Origin: Raja brachyura
Taxonomy: Eukaryota
Assembly: GCA_963514005.1 (NCBI GenBank)
Contig: OY740810.1
Coordinates: 14,570,001-14,634,000, forward strand
Direction: 5' to 3'
DNA: 64,000 bases
Made by a program: the position numbers and the translations under genes. Below are positions 1-15,800 of this stretch, one piece after another. The notes under the pieces were generated by a model that did no database searches, was not told the origin of the DNA, and worked only from the letters and a program-made list of their open reading frames with translations. Numbering within the stretch: the first letter of the stretch is position 1; the number at the start of each line of letters is the position of its first letter.

Positions 1-530
1 CCATGGACACAATGATGTGTAGGTTCATGGACATGCAGTGGTGCACCAGAAAATCAGGTGGTGACTTTCAGATTCTAGACAACTCCCGCATCATGCAGAT
101 ATTGTGGTTGACTCATGTAAATGTTGCCACCGAGTGCTTGCAAGGTCTGATTTAGCATTGGTTTGAGAGGAAACAGATCCAGGCCATGGATTGCAGTGGT
201 GAAAGCCCATCTCTGATGGGCTCTGATGTACTGTTGATTCCCAATATCATGCCTCATCCCATTCCCAATGTATTAATTTGTGTACTAAAATAATACCTCA
301 GGAATCAATAATTGCACAGAAATAGTCTACAGAGGAAATATTTAATTTATTTTGCAAATTGAATGCCATATCCCCGTCTAGAATTATTCTGGCAAATGAC
401 ATACATATTACGTGCTTGAGTATATAAATATACTATTCCCCAACGTTTCAATCAATGGTTTCTATTCCCAAACTGTCTGACATATTAAGTCAAGCAGATT
501 TACTCAATTACCTCTGCATCTATTCCACAG

Positions 531-870
531 CCCCTCAGCTGTACAAGGCACCAGAGTGCATGCAAACTGCACCTTCACAAATGACTCTGATCCCCAGGAT
601 GTTAACAGGGTTAGATTGTACCGTGTGTTCAGAGACCTGTCTGAAGGCATCACCACTCTAGGACCATATTCTCTGGATAGTAACAGCCTCTACGTGAACG
701 GTATGTATCACTGAAGTTAGGATTTACTTCTGATCAAATTTATTGGATTCGAGTGAACATTCAGAAAATGTCATAATCTATCAATTTCCCCTATTTAATG
801 TACACATTTCGCCAGATACATAATTATTCTTTTAATCTTTCAGGTTACAATGAACCATCACCTTCAACAA
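531..870 (+). CDS. MUC16: SEA module 0 (partial): exons C 531-700, D 844-870
   Basis: ccacag|CCCCTCA...GTGAACG|gtatgt; ttcag|GTTACAATG...ACAA|gtgagt. Confidence 0.85.
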
Positions 871-3800
871 GTGAGTACTGTTTTGAATTTGATATTTCAC
901 TAAAATATCCTTTTGTTGCAGTGGATAACAACAGTGAATATATTTACCAAACGTTCAATAAATATTGTCAGATGTTGTCTCCCTATTAGTGATGTTACAC
1001 AGCAGGTGTATGACAATGGAAAGTGGATGAGATGTGACTATCCTATCATCATCAATGTTTTCATCTCCACTGCTGGCCATACATTCCATTAGGCTCCACC
1101 CAAAATACCAATGTACCAATCTTTGCTTCATTGGAAATGATAATCATAGACCGTTAGTGCCATGATGGATACAGCACCGAAATTGGCTCTTTGGATCGTA
1201 GATTCTGTGGCAATGGCAATCTACCCCTTTATTCTAATCCTATATTAATCACATTTTTTATTCTCCCTTCATCAAAAGTAATTCACATTATTCCCTTCAT
1301 CATGTATTTGTACACTGTGGATGGCATGATTGTAATCATGTATAGCATTTCCACTAACTGGTTAGTATGCAACAAAAGCTTTTCACTTTACCTCGGTACA
1401 CATGACAAAGAACTAAACTCCAACGCAAACTCAAACATCCTCTTCAACTGCAGCAAGGTCCTACCATTGACCTACTTATTTGGGTCATTTTACAGTGGCC
1501 ATAGAGCTTAGACCTATACATTATTCATCTCTGTGTAACACTCTTTCCTTCTTTACACCAAGTGTTAATAATAATTCAACAAAAAGCTTTTTTTATAATT
1601 GATTGTTTAATAATTTTGCACAATTTCTTAACAGCAATATCACCAACACAGACCACAACTCCAAATTTGCAACCAAATCCCCTTGATTTTAACGTGACCT
1701 TCGTTGCAACTAACTTGACCTCAGCAGCAGATTTACAAGATCCCAATTCAGCATTGTTCAACTCGACAGCAAGTGTTATTGTTTTGCAGGTCAGTTGACA
1801 AATTACTGATTGATTTAATCAATTCATTACTCATGGTTCAGACAGTCTAATACTCTAACCATTGCCTTTTTACAGCTGAACCAACTGTTTCGCAGCAGTA
1901 ATGTTAACAAAACCTTCTCCAGCTGCAGAGTTCTCTCATTCAGGTAAGGAAAACTAAGATTCATCCGGGTCAGTATTTGCATCAACACCACGTGCGACCT
2001 CAGAAAGGCACATGTTACTGCAAATGCATCAACATTTCCGAAATGGTAACTCTGATAGAAAAATGGCAAGCTCATATTTAGACATGTTTTTCTCAAAGAT
2101 AATTCCCAAACCAATATTTGTGGATTTCTAAGGAGTTTCACAACGTCCATGGTGGTGCATCCCAAGTCCTTCATGTGCCATGGACACAATGATGTGTAGG
2201 TTCATGGACATGCAGTGGTGCACCAGAAAATCAGGTGGTGACTTTCAGATTCTAGACAACTCCCGCATCATGCAGATATTGTGGTTGATTCATGTAAATG
2301 TTGCCACCGAGTGCTTGCAAGGTCTGATTTAGCATTGGTTTGAGAGGAAACAGATCCAGGCCATGGATTGCAGTGGTGAAAGCCCATCTCTGATGGGCTC
2401 TGATGTACTGTTGATTCCCAATATCATGGCTCATCCCATTCCCAATGTATTAATTTGTGTACTAAAATATTACCTCAGGAATCAATAATTGCACAGAAAT
2501 AGTCTACAGAGGAAATATTTAATTTATTTTGCAAATTGAATGCCATATCCCCGTCTAGAATTATTCTGGCAAATGACATACATGTTACGTGCTTGAGTAT
2601 ATAAATATACTATTCCCCAACGTTTCAATCAATGGTTTCTATTCCCAAACTGTCTGACATATTAAGTCAAGCAGATTTACTCAATTACCTCTGCATCTAT
2701 TCCACAGCCCCTCAGCTGTACAAGGCACCAGAGTGCATGCAAACTGCACCTTCACAAATGACTCTGATACCCAGGATGTTAACAGGGTTAGATTGTACCG
2801 TGTGTTCAGAGACCTGTCTGAAGGCATCACCACTCTAGGACCATATTCTCTGGATAGTAACAGCCTCTACGTGAACGGTATGTATCACTGAAGTTAGGAT
2901 TTACTTCTGATCAAATTTATTGGATTCGAGTGAACATTCAGAAAATGTCATAATCTATCAATTTCCCCTATTTAATGTACACATTTCGCCAGATACATAA
3001 TTATTCTTTTAATCTTTCAGGTTACAATGAACCATCACCTTCAACAAGTGAGTACTGTTTTGAATTTGATATTTCACTAAAATATCCTTTTGTTGCAGTG
3101 GATAACAACAGTGAATATATTTACCAAACGTTCAATAAATATTGTCAGATGTGGTCTCCCCATTGGTGATGTTAACGCAGCAGGTGTATAACAATGGAAA
3201 GTGGATGAGATGTGACCATCCTATCATCATCAATGTTTTCATCTCCACTGCTGGCCATACATTCCATCAGGCTCCACCCAAAATACCAATGTACCAATCT
3301 TTGCTTCATTGGAAATGATAATCATAGACCGTTAGTGCCATCATGGATACAGCACCGAAATTGGCTCTTTGGATCGCAGATTCTGTGCCAATGGCAATCT
3401 ACCCCTTTATTCTAATCCTATATTAATCACATTTTTTATTCTCCCTTCATCAAAAGTAATTCACATTATTCCCTTCATCATGCATTTATACACTGTGGAT
3501 GGCATGATTGTAATCATGTATAGCATTTCCACTAACTGGTTAGTATGCAACAAAAGCTTTTCACTTTACCTCGGTACACATGACAAAGAACTAAACTCCA
3601 ACGCAAACTCAAACATCCTCCTCAACTGCAGCAAGGTCCTACCATTGACCTACTTATTTGGGTCATTTTACAGTGGCCATAGAGCTTAGACCTATACATT
3701 ATTCATCTCTGTGTAACACTCTTTCCTTCTTTACACCAAGTGTTAACAATAATTCAACAAAAAGCTTTTTTTATAATTGATTGTTTAATAATTTTGCACA

Positions 3801-6800
3801 ATTTCTTAACAGCAATATCACCAACACAGACCACAACTCCAAATTTGCAACCAAATCCCCTTGATTTTAACGTGACCTTCGTTGCAACTAACTTGACCTC
3901 AGCAGCAGATTTACAAGATCCCAATTCAGCATTGTTCAACTCGACAGCAAGTGTTATTGTTTTGCAGGTCAGTTGACAAATTACTGATTGATTTAATCAA
4001 TTCATTACTCATGGTTCAGACAGTCTAATACTCTAACCATTGCCTTTTTACAGCTGAACCAACTGTTTCGCAGCAGTAATGTTAACAAAACCTTCTCCAG
4101 CTGCAGAGTTCTCTCATTCAGGTAAGGAAAACTAAGATTCATCCGGGTCAGTATTTGCATCAACACCACGTGCGACCTCAGAAAGGCACATGTTACTGCA
4201 AATGCATCAACATTTCCGAAATGGTAACTCTGATAGAAAAATGGCAAGCTCATATTTAGACATGTTTTTCTCAAAGATAATTCCCAAACCAATATTTGTG
4301 GATTTCTAAGGAGTTTCACAACGTCCATGGTGGTGCATCCCAAGCCCTTCATGTGCCATGGACACAATGATGTGTAGGTTCATGGACATGCAGTGGTGCA
4401 CCAGAAAATCAGGTGGTGACTTTCAGATTCTAGACAACTCCCGCATCATGCAGATATTGTGGTTGACTCATGTAAATGTTGCCACCGAGTGCTTGCAAGG
4501 TCTGATTTAGCATTGGTTTGAGAGGAAACAGATCCAGGCCATGGATTGCAGTGGTGAAAGCCCATCTCTGATGGGCTCTGATGTACTGTTGATTCCCAAT
4601 ATCATGGCTCATCCCATTCCCAATGTATTAATTTGTGTACTAAAATAATACCTCAGGAATCAATAATTGCACAGAAATAGTCTACAGAGGAAATATTTAA
4701 TTTATTTTGCAAATTGAATGCCATATCCCCGTCTAGAATTATTCTGGCAAATGACATACATGTTACGTGCTTGAGTATATAAATATACTATTCCCCAACG
4801 TTTCAATCAATGGTTTCTATTCCCAAACTGTCTGACATATTAAGTCAAGCAGATTTACTCAATTACCTCTGCATCTATTCCACAGCCCCTCAGCTGTACA
4901 AGGCACCAGAGTGCATGCAAACTGCACCTTCACAAATGACTCTGATACCCAGGATGTTAACAGGGTTAGATTGTACCGTGTGTTCAGAGACCTGTCTGAA
5001 GGCATCACCACTCTAGGACCATATTCTCTGGATAGTAACAGCCTCTACGTGAACGGTATGTATCACTGAAGTTAGGATTTACTTCTGATCAAATTTATTG
5101 GATTCGAGTGAACATTCAGAAAATGTCATAATCTATCAATTTCCCCTATTTAATGTACACATTTCGCCAGATACATAATTATTCTTTTAATCTTTCAGGT
5201 TACAATGAACCATCACCTTCAACAAGTGAGTACTGTTTTGAATTTGATATTTCACTAAAATATCCTTTTGTTGCAGTGGATAACAACAGTGAATATATTT
5301 ACCAAACGTTCAATAAATATTGTCAGATGTGGTCTCCCCATTAGTGATGTTAACGCAGCAGGTGTATAACAATGGAAAGTGGATGAGATGTGACCATCCT
5401 ATCATCATCAATGTTTTCATCTCCACTGCTGGCCATACATTCCATCAGGCTCCACCCAAAATACCAATGTACCAATCTTTGCTTCATTGGAAATGATAAT
5501 CATAGACCGTTAGTGCCATCATGGATACAGCACCGAAATTGGCTCTTTGGATCGTAGATTCTGTGCCAATGGCAATCTACCCCTTTATTCTAATCCTATA
5601 TTAATCACATTTTTTATTCTCCCTTCATCAAAAGTAATTCACATTATTCCCTTCATCATGCATTTATACACTGTGGATGGCATGATTGTAATCATGTATA
5701 GCGTTTCCACTAACTGGTTAGTATGCAACAAAAGCTTTTCACTTTACCTCGGTACACATGACAAAGAACTAAACTCCAACGCAAACTCAAACATCCTCTT
5801 CAACTGCAGCAAGGTCCTACCATTGACCTACTTATTTGGGTCATTTTACAGTGGCCACAGAGCTCAGACCTATACATTATTCATCTGTGTGTAACAATCT
5901 TGCCCTTCTTTACACCAAGTGTTAACAATAATTCAACAAAAAACTTTTTTTTTAATTGATTGTTTAATAATTTTGCACAATTTCTTAACAGCAATATCAC
6001 CAACACAGACCACAACTCCAAATTTGCAAACAAATCCCCTTGATTTTAACGTGACCTTCGTTGCAACTAACTTGACCACAGCAGCAGATTTACAAGATCC
6101 CAATTCAGCATTGTTCAAATCGACAGCAAGTGTTATTGTTTTGCAGGTCAGTTGACAAATTACTGATTGATTTAATCAATTCATTACTCATGGTTCAGAC
6201 AGTCTAATACTCTAACCATTGCCTTTTTACAGCTGAACCAACTGTTTCGCAGCAGTAATGTTAACAAAACCTTCTCCAGCTGCAGAGTTCTCTCATTCAG
6301 GTAAGGAAAACTAAGATTCATCCGGGTCAGTATTTGCATCAACACCACGTACAACCTCAGAAAGGCACATGTTACTGCAAATGCATCAATATTTCCTAAA
6401 TGGTAACTCTGATAGAAAAATGGCAAGCTCATATTTAGACATGTTTTTCTCAAAGATAATTCCCAAACCAATATTTGTGGATTTCTAAGGAGTTTCACAA
6501 CGTCCATGGTGGTGCATCCCAAGCCCTTCATGTGCCATGGACACAATGATGTGTAGGTTCATGGACATGCAGTGGTGCACCAGAAAATCAGGTGGTGACT
6601 TTCAGATTCTAGACAACTCCCGCATCATGCAGATATTGTGGTTGACTCATGTAAATGTTGCCACCGAGTGCTTGCAAGGTCTGATTTAGCATTGGTTTGA
6701 GAGGAAACAGATCCAGGCCATGGATTGCAGTGGTGAAAGCCCATCTCTGATGGGCTCTGATGTACTGTTGATTCCCAATATCATGCATCATCCCATTCCC

Positions 6801-9800
6801 AATGTATTAATTTGTGTACTAAAATAGTACCTCAGGAATCAATAATTGCACAGAAATAGTCTACAGAGGAAATATTTAATTTATTTTGCAAATTGAATGC
6901 CATATCCCCGTCTAGAATTATTCTGGCAAATGACATACATATTACTTGCTTGAGTATATAAATATACTATTCCCTAACGTTTCAATCAATGGTTTCTGTT
7001 CCCAAACTGTCTGACATCTTAAGTCAAGCAGATTTACTCAATTACCTCTGCATCTATTCCACAGCCCCTCAGCTGTACAAGGCACCAGAGTGCATGCAAA
7101 CTGCACCTTCACAAATGACTCTGATACCCAGGATGTTAACAGGGTTAGATTGTACCGTGTGTTCAGAGACCTGTCTGAAGGCATCACCACTCTAGGACCA
7201 TATTCTCTGGATAGTAACAGCCTCTACGTGAACGGTATGTATCACTGAAGTTAGGATTTACTTCTGATCAAATTTATTGGATTCGAGTGAACATTCAGAA
7301 AATGTCATAATCTATCAATTTCCCCTATTTAATGTACACATTTCACCAGATACATAATTATTCTTTTAATCTTTCAGATTACAATGAACCATCACCTTCA
7401 ACAAGTGAGTACTGTTTTGAATTTGATATTTCACTAAAATATCCTTTTGTTGCAGTGGATAACAACAGTGAATATATCTACCAAACGTTCAATAAATATT
7501 GTCAGATGTTGTCTCCCTATTAGTGATGTTAACACAGCAGGTGTATGACAATGGAAAGTGGATGAGATGTGACTATCCTATCATCATCAATGTTTTCATC
7601 TCCACTGCTGGCCATACATTCCATCAGGCTCCACCCAAAATACCAATGTACCAATCTTTGCTTCATTGGAAATGATAATCATAGACCGTTAGTGCCATGA
7701 TGGATACAGCACCGAAATTGGCTCTTTGGATCGTAGATTCTGTGCCAATGGCAATCTACCCCTTTATTCTAATCCTATACTAATGACATTTTTTATTCTC
7801 CCTTCATCAAAAGTAATTCACATTATTCCCTTCATCATGTATTTGTACACTGTGGATGGCATGATTGTAATCATGTATAGCATTTCCACTAACTGGTTAG
7901 CATGCAACAAAAGCTTTTCACTTTACCTCGGTACACATGACAAAGAACTAAACTCCAACGCAAACTCAAACATCCTCTTCAACTGCAGCAAGGTCCTACC
8001 ATTGACCTACTTATTTGGGTCATTTTACAGTGGCCATAGAGCTTAGACCTATACATTATTCATCTCTGTGTAACACTCTTTCCTTCTTTACACCAAGTGT
8101 TAACAATAATTCAACAAAAACTTTTTTTATAATTGATTGTTTAATAATTTTGCACAATTTCTTAACAGCAATATCACCAACACAGACCACAACTCCAAAT
8201 TTGCAAACAAATCCCCTTGATTTTAACGTGACTTTCGTTGCAACTAACTTGACCTCAGCAGCAGATTTACAAGATCCCAATTCAGCATTGTTCAACTCGA
8301 CAGCAAGTGTTATTGTTTTGCAGGTCAGTTGACAAATTACTGATTGATTTAATCAATTCATTACTCATGGTTCAGACAGTCTAATACTCTAACCATTGCC
8401 TTTTTACAGCTGAACCAACTGTTTCGCAGCAGTAATGTTAACAAAACCTTCTCCAGCTGCAGAGTTCTCTCATTCAGGTAAGGAAAACTAAGAGTCATCC
8501 GGGTCAGTATTTGCATCAACACCACGTGCGACCTCAGAAAGGCACATGTTACTGCAAATGCATCAATATTTCCTAAATGGTAACTCTGATAGAAAAATGG
8601 CAAGCTCATATTTAGACATGTTTTTCTCAAAGATAATTCCCAAACCAATATTTGTGGATTTCTAAGGAGTTTCACAACGTCCATGGTGGTGCATCCCAAG
8701 CCCTTCATGTGCCATGGACACAATGATGTGTAGGTTCATGGACATGCAGTGGTGCACCAGAAAATCAGGTGGTGACTTTCAGATTCTAGACAACTCCCGC
8801 ATCATGCAGATATTGTGGTTGACTCATGTAAATGTTGCCACCGAGTGCTTGCAAGGTCTGATTTAGCATTGGTTTGAGAGGAAACAGATCCAGGCCATGG
8901 ATTGCAGTGGTGAAAGCCCATCTCTGATGGGCTCTGATGTACTGTTGATTCCCAATATCATGCATCATCCCATTCCCAATGTATTAATTTGTGTACTAAA
9001 ATAGTACCTCAGGAATCAATAATTGCACAGAAATAGTCTACAGAGGAAATATTTAATTTATTTTGCAAATTGAATGCCATATCCCCGTCTAGAATTATTC
9101 TGGCAAATGACATACATATTACTTGCTTGAGTATATAAATATACTATTCCCTAACGTTTCAATCAATGGTTTCTATTCCCAAACTGTCTGACATCTTAAG
9201 TCAAGCAGATTTACTCAATTACCTCTGCATCTATTCCACAGCCCCTCAGCTGTACAAGGCACCAGAGTGCATGCAAACTGCACCTTCACAAATGACTCTG
9301 ATACCCAGGATGTTAACAGGGTTAGATTGTACCGTGTGTTCAGAGACCTGTCTGAAGGCATCACCACTCTAGGACCATATTCTCTGGATAGTAACAGCCT
9401 CTACGTGAACGGTATGTATCACTGAAGTTAGGATTTACTTCTGATCAAATTTATTGGATTCGAGTGAACATTCAGAAAATGTCATAATCTATCAATTTCC
9501 CCTATTTAATGTACACATTTCACCAGATACATAATTATTCTTTTAATCTTTCAGATTACAATGAACCATCACCTTCAACAAGTGAGTACTGTTTTGAATT
9601 TGATATTTCACTAAAATATCCTTTTGTTGCAGTGGATAACAACAGTGAATATATCTACCAAACGTTCAATAAATATTGTCAGATGTTGTCTCCCTATTAG
9701 TGATGTTAACACAGCAGGTGTATGACAATGGAAAGTGGATGAGATGTGACTATCCTATCATCATCAATGTTTTCATCTCCACTGCTGGCCATACATTCCA

Positions 9801-12800
9801 TCAGGCTCCACCCAAAATACCAATGTACCAATCTTTGCTTCATTGGAAATGATAATCATAGACCGTTAGTGCCATGATGGATACAGCACCGAAATTGGCT
9901 CTTTGGATCGTAGATTCTGTGCCAATGGCAATCTACCCCTTTATTCTAATCCTATACTAATGACATTTTTTATTCTCCCTTCATCAAAAGTAATTCACAT
10001 TATTCCCTTCATCATGTATTTGTACACTGTGGATGGCATGATTGTAATCATGTATAGCATTTCCACTAACTGGTTAGTATGCAACAAAAGCTTTTCACTT
10101 TACCTCGGTACACATGACAAAGAACTAAACTCCAACGCAAACTCAAACATCCTCTTCAACTGCAGCAAGGTCCTACCATTGACCTACTTATTTGGGTCAT
10201 TTTACAGTGGCCATAGAGCTTAGACCTATACATTATTCATCTCTGTGTAACACTCTTTCCTTCTTTACACCAAGTGTTAATAATAATTCAACAAAAAGCT
10301 TTTTTTATAATTGATTGTTTAATAATTTTGCACAATTTCTTAACAGCAATATCACCAACACAGACCACAACTCCAAATTTGCAACCAAATCCCCTTGATT
10401 TTAACGTGACCTTCGTTGCAACTAACTTGACCTCAGCAGCAGATTTACAAGATCCCAATTCAGCATTGTTCAACTCGACAGCAAGTGTTATTGTTTTGCA
10501 GGTCAGTTGACAAATTACTGATTTATTTAATCAATTCATTACTCATGGTTCAGACAGTCTAATACTCTAACCATTGCCTTTTTACAGCTGAACCAACTGT
10601 TTCGCAGCAGTAATGTTAACAAAACCTTCTCCAGCTGCAGAGTTCTCTCATTCAGGTAAGGAAAACTAAGATTCATCCGGGTCAGTATTTGCATCAACAC
10701 CACGTGCGACCTCAGAAAGGCACATGTTACTGCAAATGCATCAACATTTCCGAAATGGTAACTCTGATAGAAAAATGGCAAGCTCATATTTAGACATGTT
10801 TTTCTCAAAGATAATTCCCAAACCAATATTTGTGGATTTCTAAGGAGTTTCACAACGTCCATGGTGGTGCATCCCAAGTCCTTCATGTGCCATGGACACA
10901 ATGATGTGTAGGTTCATGGACATGCAGTGGTGCACCAGAAAATCAGGTGGTGACTTTCAGATTCTAGACAACTCCCGCATCATGCAGATATTGTGGTTGA
11001 TTCATGTAAATGTTGCCACCGAGTGCTTGCAAGGTCTGATTTAGCATTGGTTTGAGAGGAAACAGATCCAGGCCATGGATTGCAGTGGTGAAAGCCCATC
11101 TCTGATGGGCTCTGATGTACTGTTGATTCCCAATATCATGGCTCATCCCATTCCCAATGTATTAATTTGTGTACTAAAATATTACCTCAGGAATCAATAA
11201 TTGCACAGAAATAGTCTACAGAGGAAATATTTAATTTATTTTGCAAATTGAATGCCATATCCCCGTCTAGAATTATTCTGGCAAATGACATACATGTTAC
11301 GTGCTTGAGTATATAAATATACTATTCCCCAACGTTTCAATCAATGGTTTCTATTCCCAAACTGTCTGACATATTAAGTCAAGCAGATTTACTCAATTAC
11401 CTCTGCATCTATTCCACAGCCCCTCAGCTGTACAAGGCACCAGAGTGCATGCAAACTGCACCTTCACAAATGACTCTGATACCCAGGATGTTAACAGGGT
11501 TAGATTGTACCGTGTGTTCAGAGACCTGTCTGAAGGCATCACCACTCTAGGACCATATTCTCTGGATAGTAACAGCCTCTACGTGAACGGTATGTATCAC
11601 TGAAGTTAGGATTTACTTCTGATCAAATTTATTGGATTCGAGTGAACATTCAGAAAATGTCATAATCTATCAATTTCCCCTATTTAATGTACACATTTCG
11701 CCAGATACATAATTATTCTTTTAATCTTTCAGGTTACAATGAACCATCACCTTCAACAAGTGAGTACTGTTTTGAATTTGATATTTCACTAAAATATCCT
11801 TTTGTTGCAGTGGATAACAACAGTGAATATATTTACCAAACGTTCAATAAATATTGTCAGATGTGGTCTCCCCATTAGTGATGTTAACGCAGCAGGTGTA
11901 TAACAATGGAAAGTGGATGAGATGTGACCATCCTATCATCATCAATGTTTTCATCTCCACTGCTGGCCATACATTCCATCAGGCTCCACCCAAAATACCA
12001 ATGTACCAATCTTTGCTTCATTGGAAATGATAATCATAGACCGTTAGTGCCATCATGGATACAGCACCGAAATTGGCTCTTTGGATCGCAGATTCTGTGC
12101 CAATGGCAATCTACCCCTTTATTCTAATCCTATATTAATCACATTTTTTATTCTCCCTTCATCAAAAGTAATTCACATTATTCCCTTCATCATGCATTTA
12201 TACACTGTGGATGGCATGATTGTAATCATGTATAGCATTTCCACTAACTGGTTAGTATGCAACAAAAGCTTTTCACTTTACCTCGGTACACATGACAAAG
12301 AACTAAACTCCAACGCAAACTCAAACATCCTCTTCAACTGCAGCAAGGTCCTACCATTGACCTACTTATTTGGGTCATTTTACAGTGGCCACAGAGCTTA
12401 GACCTATACATTATTCATCTGTGTGTAACAATCTTGCCCTTCTTTACACCAAGTGTTAACAATAATTCAACAAAAAACTTTTTTTTAAATTGATTGTTTA
12501 ATAATTTTGCACAATTTCTTAACAGCAATATCACCAACACAGACCACAACTCCAAATTTGCAAACAAATCCCCTTGATTTTAACGTGACCTTCGTTGCAA
12601 CTAACTTGACCACAGCAGCAGATTTACAAGATCCCAATTCAGCATTGTTCAAATCGACAGCAAGTGTTATTGTTTTGCAGGTCAGTTGACAAATTACTGA
12701 TTGATTTAATCAATTCATTACTCATGGTTCAGACAGTCTAATACTCTAACCATTGCCTTTTTACAGCTGAACCAACTGTTTCGCAGCAGTAATGTTAACG

Positions 12801-15800
12801 AAACCTTCTCCAGCTGCAGAGTTCTCTCATTCAGGTAAGGAAAACTAAGATTCATCCGGGTCAGTATTTGCATCAACACCACGTACAACCTCAGAAAGGC
12901 ACATGTTACTGCAAATGCATCAATATTTCCTCAATGGTAACTCTGATAGAAAAATGGCAAGCTCATATTTAGACATGTTTTTCTCAAAGATAATTCCCAA
13001 ACCAATATTTGTGGATTTCTAAGGAGTTTCACAACGTCCATGGTGGTGCATCCCAAGCCCTTCATGTGCCATGGACACAATGATGTGTAGGTTCATGGAC
13101 ATGCAGTGGTGCACCAGAAAATCAGGTGGTGACTTTCAGATTCTAGACAACTCCCGCATCATGCAGATATTGTGGTTGACTCATGTAAATGTTGCCACCG
13201 AGTGCTTGCAAGGTCTGATTTAGCATTGGTTTGAGAGGAAACAGATCCAGGCCATGGATTGCAGTGGTGAAAGCCCATCTCTGATGGGCTCTGATGTACT
13301 GTTGATTCCCAATATCATGCCTCATCCCATTCCCAATGTATTAATTTGTGTACTAAAATAGTACCTCAGGAATCAATAATTGCACAGAAATAGTCTGCAG
13401 AGGAAATATTTAATTTATTTTGCAAATTGAATGCCATATCCCCGTCTAGAATTATTCTGGCAAATGACATACATATTACTTGCTTGAGTATATAAATATA
13501 CTATTCCCTAACGTTTCAATCAATGGTTTCTATTCCCAAACTGTCTGACATATTAAGTCAAGCAGATTTACTCAATTACCTCTGCATCTATTCCACAGCC
13601 CCTCAGCTGTACAAGGCACCAGAGTGCATGCAAACTGCACCTTCACAAATGACTCTGATATCCAGGATGTTAACAGGGTTAGATTGTACCGTGTGTTCAG
13701 AGACCTGTCTGAAGGCATCACCACTCTAGGACCATATTCTCTGGATAGTAACAGCCTCTACGTGAACGGTATGTATCACTGAAGTTAGACTTACTTCTGA
13801 TCAAATTTATTGGATTCGAGTGAACATTCAGAAAATGTCATAATCTATCAATTTCCCCTATTTAATGTACACATTTCGCCAGGTACATAATTATTATTTT
13901 AATCTTTCAGATTACAATGAACCATCACCTTCAACAAGTGAGTACTGTTTTGAATTTGATATTTCACTAAAATATCCTTTTGTTGCAGTGGATAACAACA
14001 GTGAATATATTTTCCAAACGTTCAATAAATATTGTCAGATGTTGTCTCCCTATTAGTGATGTTAACACAGCAGGTGTATGACAATGGAAAGTGGATGAGA
14101 TGTGACTATCCTATCATTATCAATGTTTTCATCTCCACTGCTGGCCATACATTCCATCAGGCTCCACCCAAAATACCAATGTACCAATCTTTGCTTCATT
14201 GGAAATGATAATCATAGACCGTTAGTGCCATGATGGATACAGCACCGAAATTGGCTCTTTGGATCGTAGATTCTGTGCCAATGGCAATCTACCCCTTTAT
14301 TCTAATCCTATATTAATCACATTTTTTATTCTCCCTTCATCAAAAGTAATTCACATTATTCCCTTCATCATGTATTTGTACACTGTGGATGGCATGATTG
14401 TAATCATGTATAGCATTTCCACTAACTGGTTAGCATGCAACAAAAGCTTTTCACTTTACCTCAGTACACATGACAAAGAACTAAACTCAAACGCAAACTC
14501 AAACATCCTCTTCAACTGCAGCAAGGTCCTACCATTGACCTACTTATTTGGGTCATTTTACAGTGGCCACAGAGCTTAGACCTATATATTATTCATCTGT
14601 GTGTAACACTCTTTCCCTTCTTTACACCAAGTGTTAACAATAATTCAACAAAAAACTTTTTTTTAAATTAATTGTTTAATAATTTTGCACAATTTCTTAA
14701 CAGCAATATCACCAACACAGACCACAACTCCAAATTTGCAAACGAATCCCCTTGATTTTAACGTGACCTTCGTTGCAACTAACTTGACCTCAGCAGCAGA
14801 TTTACAAGATCCCAATTCAGCATTGTTCAACTCGACAGCAAGTGTTATTGTTTTGCAGGTCAGTTGACAAATTACTGATTGATTTAATCAATTCATTACT
14901 CACGGTTCAGACAGTCTAATACTCTAACCATTGCCTTTTTACAGCTGAACCAACTGTTTCGCAGCAGTAATGTTAACAAAACCTTCTCCAGCTGCAGAGT
15001 TCTCTCATTCAGGTAAGGAAAACTAAGATACATCCGGGTCAGTATTTGCATCAACACCACGTGCGACCTCAGAAAAGCACTTGTAACTGCAAATGCATCA
15101 ACATTTCCTAAATGGTAACTCTGATAGAAAAATGGCAAGCTCATATTTAGACTTGTTTTTCCCAAAGATAATTCCCAAACCAATATTTGTGGATTTCTAA
15201 GGAGTTTCACAACGTCCATGGTGGTGCATCCCAAGCCCTTCATGTGCCATGGACACAATGATGTGTAGGTTCATGGATTGCAGTAGTGAAAGCACATCTC
15301 TGATCGGCTCTGATGTACTGTTGATTCCCAATATCATGGCTCATCCCATTCCCAATGTATTAATTTGTGTACTAAAATAATACCTCAGGAATCAATAATT
15401 GCACAGAAACAGTCTACAGTGGAAATATTTAATTTATTTTGCAAATTGAATGCCATATCCCCATCTACAATTATTCTGGCAAATTATATACATGTTACGT
15501 GCTTGAGTATATAAATATACTATTCCCCAACATTTCAATCAATGGTTTCTATTCCCAAACTATCTGACATATTAAGTCAAGCAGATTTACTCAATTACCT
15601 CTGCATCTATTCCACAGCCCCTCAGCTGTACAAGGCACCAGAGTGCATGCAAACTGCACCTTCACAAATGACTCTGATCCCCAGGATGTTAACAGGGTTA
15701 GATTGTACCGTGTGTTCAGAGACCTGTCTGAAGGCATCACCACTCTAGGACCATATTCTCTGGATAGCAACAGCCTCTACGTGAACGGTATGTATCACTC

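Noticed and set aside
204-222. Small hairpin agcccatc-tct-gatgggct in each array-1 intron
   Set aside because: An 8-bp stem is expected by chance, and recurrence reflects duplication
1921-2740. MUC1-type SEA autoproteolysis site (G/SVVV)
   Set aside because: The corresponding loop reads SFSPSAVQGTRV; no GSVVV in any complete module. Module 24 cannot be judged because its next exon is missing
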